Assembly: GCA_964016885.1 (NCBI GenBank)
Contig: OZ024748.1
Location: forward strand, 13,020,001 to 13,084,000
Direction: 5' to 3'
From: Eledone cirrhosa
Lineage: Eukaryota
Length of the DNA stretch: 64,000 nucleotides
The stretch's first letter is position 1. Every line of letters begins with the position of its first letter. A model generated the notes under the pieces. It was not told the origin of the DNA. It did not search any database and saw only the letters and a list, made by a program, of their open reading frames with translations. The position numbers and the translations under genes were made by a program. Positions 57,800 through 64,000 of the stretch are shown one piece after another.

Positions 57800-59110
57800 A
57801 GTTGATGGGCAGAATATGAAGGGCTTCGAACAAGATGTTTAGCAGCATTTGTTCCGGCTTTTAACGTCCTAAGCTCAAATACCGCCGAGGCCAATTTGTT
57901 TTCCCTCATTCCTTGGTAGATAAAATAAAGTACCAGCCAAGTATTGGGTCGATATATGTGAGTCCTCACCCTCTCAGACTTCTGGCCCTCTGTTTGAAAT
58001 AGAAACGTTTATTATTATTCAGTCCTAGTTTGAGTTCAAATCCCGTCGAGGTTAGTTCTGCCTTTCCTCCTTACGGGGTCGATAAAATAAAGTACCAGTA
58101 ATGCACTGGTGTCGTTTCCCAAAATTGTTGACCTGGCGCCTAAATGAAAAACGATTATTTGGACCTAGATTGAGTTCAAATCCCGCCGAGTTTAGTTTTT
58201 TCATCCATCGTTACGGTGTCCATAAAATAAAGTACAGCAATTTTCTAGGATGGATTTAATCGACAAACCCCTTTCCCCGAAATTGTTGGCCTTGTGCATA
58301 AACCAGAAACCATTATTATTTAGCCCTAGGTTGAGTTTAAATCCCGCCGATGTTAGTTTAAACATTCATCCTTACGGTGTCGATAAATTAAAGTATCAGT
58401 AACCACATTTGAGTCGATTTAATCAAATTCCACCTCGCCTAAAATTATTGTCCTTATACCTCAATCAGAAACCATTATTAGTGGATTGGCAGCTTCGGTA
58501 GAGGGTCGGACGCCATGCTTTCCAGCATAGTTACGTCCCTTTACGATCTGAGTTCAAATCCCGCCGAGGTTGACTTTGCTTTTCATCCTTACGGGGTCGA
58601 TAAAATAAAGTAATTGCTGGGTAATTGCTGGCCTTGTGCCAAAAGTAGAAACAGTTATTTAATCTTAGGTTGAGTTCAAATCCCGCCGAGCTTAGCTTCG
58701 CTTTTCTACCTTATGGTCTAGATAAAATAAAGTAACAGAAACCACTTTTGAGTCGATTTAATCAAATTCCCCCTACCCTAAAATTATTGTCCTTATACCT
58801 AAATCAGCCACCATTATTAGAATTTTACAGTCTGAGTTCAAATCCCGCCGAGGTTAACTTTGCCTTTCATCCTTACGGGGTCGATAAAATAAAGTACCAG
58901 TAATGTACTGGGTAATTGCTGGCCTTGTGCCTAAAGTAGAAACAATTATTAGAATTTTGTTGAGTTCAAATCCCGCTGAGCTAAGCTTCACTTTCCTACC
59001 TTACGGTCTAGATAATATAAAGTACGAGAAACTCATTGAGCTCGCATTAATCAACTTACTAAATCCTTTTAAATTGCTGGCCTTGTACTAAATGCAGGAA
59101 CAATTAATAT
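57800..59110 (+). mobile_element. Tandem cluster of about 8 tRNA-derived SINE copies in Dll intron 1
   Basis: Repeated gagttcaaatcccgccgaggttaactttgcctttcatccttacggggtcgataaaataaagtac; most copies begin just before the B box. Confidence 0.85.
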
Positions 59111-59341
59111 TTAGTCTTATGTTAAGCTTTATAACGGAGGCTAATATATATTTACAAGATTGTGCCTACAACTAAAGGATATCATTTCATATTAGGATTG
59201 GGCTACCAATATTTTAGAATTTAATTTGGGCTAATTGATACATGGAAAGTTTAGTTATTAAATGTATGTAACTTAATATCAGAATATCATAAACAGTAAT
59301 TAGTATATATATATAAAGAGATATACACACACATACACACA

Positions 59342-59402
<61 letters not shown>

Positions 59403-59492
59403 GAAAGGTATAGAAATTGTTTTAGCGAGAAGCTAACAGCATTCCATAACATATATGTATATGCGTGCGTGTATGTGCGTGTATGTGTGTGC

Positions 59493-59530
<38 letters not shown>

Positions 59531-60227
59531 TCTAACAATCCAATATGTTTTGAATATATTTGTTCAGTGTTTCATGAAATTAATCTCACAATCCTAGGCC
59601 TATGATTAATGCCATTCCAACCATGACCATTTGTGCTGCCTCTTTTCTTTTACATACACTGTGTATGTGATGTAGGCTTTATATATTTAAAACACTTACA
59701 GTGACAAACTCTGCGGACAAATCAAATAAAGTAGCAAGTACCAGTCATGTCTTCGGTCTCATTTAATATTTGCTATATAAGAAATCCTAGATATGAAGGA
59801 AATTATAATAGAAATAGACAAAGAATGATAATATCAATAATTATGTTACGCAATTGGTCCTGTTTTTATGAGACAATAGCGGGTGATTGTAGTAGTATTT
59901 CTAACAGACAGAGTGTGTACCTGGAGGCCTCATTATTGGTTAGAAGAACGGCATTTTCAGGTGATATTAGGGGCTGAAAATGTAGAATAATTCGGTGTTT
60001 AATTGTTAACAGACAATAGCAGTATGAAGACAATAATTCTAATTATAAAAGGTAGATAACAACAGTTGTAGAGGGGGAGCTTGTCATCTTGGCTGCCAAT
60101 ATGAAGCAAAATGGATAGATTTACATAGGAAAATGTCAGTTTCTAAATATGAATGAAAGTGTGTGCTCATGTGAGTGTATATATATATGTATATATATAT
60201 ATAAATATATATATATTTATATATATA

Positions 60228-60302
<75 letters not shown>

Positions 60303-60443
60303 ATATATATATATAATGAATTTGTAAATGTTTATAAATGTGAAAATAAAAGTATGTGCTTGTGTGTGTGTGACGATTTTTATATAAATATATATATATG
60401 AATATATGTATATATTTATATATATATATATATATATATATAC

Positions 60444-60541
<98 letters not shown>

Positions 60542-60693
60542 CTAAAACAGATTGTTTTGAAACAAACATCGCATGATACATTCTAATTAGCGCTGTCAAA
60601 AAATATCGAGCACTCTTGTGACATTAACATTCGTATCGTAATATAAATACTTATTGAATATATTATAAAATTATGTATGTATATATATATTTA

Positions 60694-60773
<80 letters not shown>

Positions 60774-60939
60774 TTAAAACAGGAAACAAAAACAATAACG
60801 AAGAGTGCAGTAAAAAGTGTTAGTATTAGGTTCACGCTTGAGAGCAAGGATATATGGATATATATGGATATACATGAATGTATATATATATAAACATATA
60901 TAATTTCACAAACACGCAACACACACTCATATATGTAAA

Positions 60940-61004
<65 letters not shown>

Positions 61005-61010
61005 GTATGC

Positions 61011-61046
<36 letters not shown>

Positions 61047-61496
61047 ATGTGTGTATATATATATATAGAGATAGATATAAGACTCACTTCCTACTACACC
61101 AAGCGTTAAACTAATATATGTCTTCATTGTACCGTGTCGTTTGCTTTGTTATTTCTGTTTTTACATATTTCTGTTTTTACATACACACACACGTGTGTGT
61201 GTGTGTGTGCGTGTGTAAATCTTTTGGCAACTATGAATCTGCTCGAAAGTTCTAAGGAATATTTTCTCAGGTGAGATATCTAATAAGAAGGAAAACATTT
61301 GTTGTTATTTAAGTTAGAGCTCATGTCATTTATATAACGATGATGAATTCAGAGACGGATGTCTTTATAACCCTCCATAAAATAAAATAATTATACTTCA
61401 AATAAGGTTACTTCAAACTTAATATGCTCTCCACAGGTAATATAATTTTAACACAACACACATCCTCAGCTAAAGTTATATATATTAATAATGTAG

Positions 61497-61534
<38 letters not shown>

Positions 61535-61870
61535 GTATATATATATATATATATGTGTGTGTATATATATATATATATATAAATATTAGACCCTACCACT
61601 TAAGGTAAATCACATTAAATTATATATATATATATACCATTATAAACGTAGCGCGCGGGCGAGCGCATGTTTGTGTATATGCGTGTGTGCGAACAGTTAA
61701 GCAACTAAAATATACTAGATGCGATCTCCAAGTTGTGATATTAAAATAAATCCGTATGATCCGTCATCTTATTTAGCTCTATAACAAGATATTGAGCACT
61801 ATTTTAGCTTTTACATTGTTACCTTCATAAAATACACTAATGCATAATTTGGAAGATATAATATAATATA

Positions 61871-61904
<34 letters not shown>

Positions 61905-61946
61905 GTCTATATATGTATATCTGTATATATATATACACACACACAT

Positions 61947-61983
<37 letters not shown>

Positions 61984-62048
61984 CGTGCATAGATATATAT
62001 AAATACATGCATACACACACACATATATATATTTATATATATATATTC

Positions 62049-62082
<34 letters not shown>

Positions 62083-62102
62083 CAGATGCACACACACACA
62101 CG

Positions 62103-62231
<129 letters not shown>

Positions 62232-62665
62232 GTGTGTGTCTGTGTGTCTGTGTGTGCGCGTGTGTGTGAGCATCTGACTGAGTATAAAAATATAGCAACC
62301 AATTGCTACCGAATATTCTTTAAATTACCTGCAATCTGAATCATAGGAAAATTCCGTTGGATTGAGATGAGAATTTTTTTTATCTGATCTCACTCTCTCC
62401 GATTCAAATTTCACTGTTCAGAATATTCCTTATTCTTTCTCACAATACAATCACATAAGAATATCCAAATATGTCAACGGTACTGGATAGAGTTTGGCAC
62501 TGCCCACCTTTTTCGGGTCGGGTTACATCAGATGCAAAAATAAAAGGGAACGCAACAATTCCGTCTGGTAGATGAGCTTTCTTAATCTTTCATGTAAACC
62601 TATCTAACATTTGATATAAATATATATATATATATATATCTCCCTCTCCCTCTCTCTCTCTCTCT

Positions 62666-62713
<48 letters not shown>

Positions 62714-63095
62714 AATATATATATAAGTGAGATTCTAAAACCTAGCCTCACAGATACCAAAAAGAGTGATGCTCACGGCTGGAACGGTCTGCTTTCATAG
62801 CTTTCTTTAATCGGATTTGAGAGGGAGGGTAAACTAAAAGAATATAACCGCGGATATTTTTGTGGAATATTCGGCCAGTTATTTCATGAAAAATACTGGA
62901 AAATGAATAGGATTAAAAAACAAAGTCTCGTCTCATAATGTCGAAAATTCCATGTTTTTATTGGGGTGGGGTGGAATACCCAGCCACTAAAAGGATGAGG
63001 AGGTAGTTCCATTGAGCGCAAACCTGTATCATTTAGAAATAAGAATAAGTTGAGATCAAATTATTTTCATTAAACTAGTCTCCTTTTCAATTCAG

Positions 63096-63127
<32 letters not shown>

Positions 63128-63256
63128 AATATATTACACAGAGAGAAGTGTGTTACACAGTGAGATGTGTGTAAAGAATTATTACATGTGGGTTTAACCG
63201 TTACTGTATGGAAAACTGTGAACTGCGGAATACTCTAATTGCGATTCTTGTATATA

Positions 63257-63338
<82 letters not shown>

Positions 63339-63559
63339 AAGAATGAAGAGTGACATGGTTGGCTGTACAATAAGGGGCTTTATTTAAAGTACTGACAATT
63401 GTTTCGTTGATCAGTATCTTGTTTCGGAAGCATCTTGTTGAGTCAAACAAAGCCGTACGTTAAAACTATCCACAAAGCAGAGAACTCACAACCTCTAACT
63501 GGATTACCTATAGCGATAACTTTTTATCCCATATATATATATATAGAGAGAGAGAGAGA

Positions 63560-63667
<108 letters not shown>

Positions 63668-63790
63668 CATAGTACCACAAAGTATTAACAAACCATACTG
63701 GAAGACGCGTGTTTCACCTAGTGGATTTTTAACCCATGTACCTACTTACTACGGTTATAACCTCCCGTTGTTTTACCACTATATATGAAC

Positions 63791-63882
<92 letters not shown>

Positions 63883-64000
63883 TTATACTTATATATATAT
63901 TTATACTTATATATATATATTTATAGTTATATATATATTTATACTTATATATATATATATATTTATACTTATATAGATAACTTTAATTAAAGTCTGTTAC

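Overview
AT-rich, microsatellite-saturated animal genomic DNA. The SINE families and the mollusc-type Dll N-terminus suggest an octopus or other coleoid cephalopod (inference). Almost all ORFs in the supplied track are (TA)n/(CA)n/(GA)n artefacts. The one convincing host gene is the first coding exon of Distal-less/Dlx (43381-43678, +), with a CCAAT-box promoter about 1.4 kb upstream and an intron that apparently runs past the window end. The rest is tRNA-derived SINEs (often in same-strand tandem clusters), decayed RTE and CR1-like LINE fragments, a Tc1/mariner-type MITE and a 24 x 29-bp minisatellite. The hidden system is that many short 'unique' islands inside the (TA)n tracts are pseudo-LTR fragments of several distinct Penelope-like retroelement (PLE) families carrying type I hammerhead ribozymes (CUGANGA...GAAA...UH, with covarying stems). 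One is physically joined to a GIY-YIG endonuclease remnant (12219-12600). They recur as divergent inverted pairs (palindromes with arms up to 255 bp) with family-specific short-arm endpoints, and most junctions lie at or in the ribozyme core. Several lie inside Dll intron 1, including a solo, canonical, sense-strand hammerhead at 55798-55839. All folds were read by eye; none was computed or tested.
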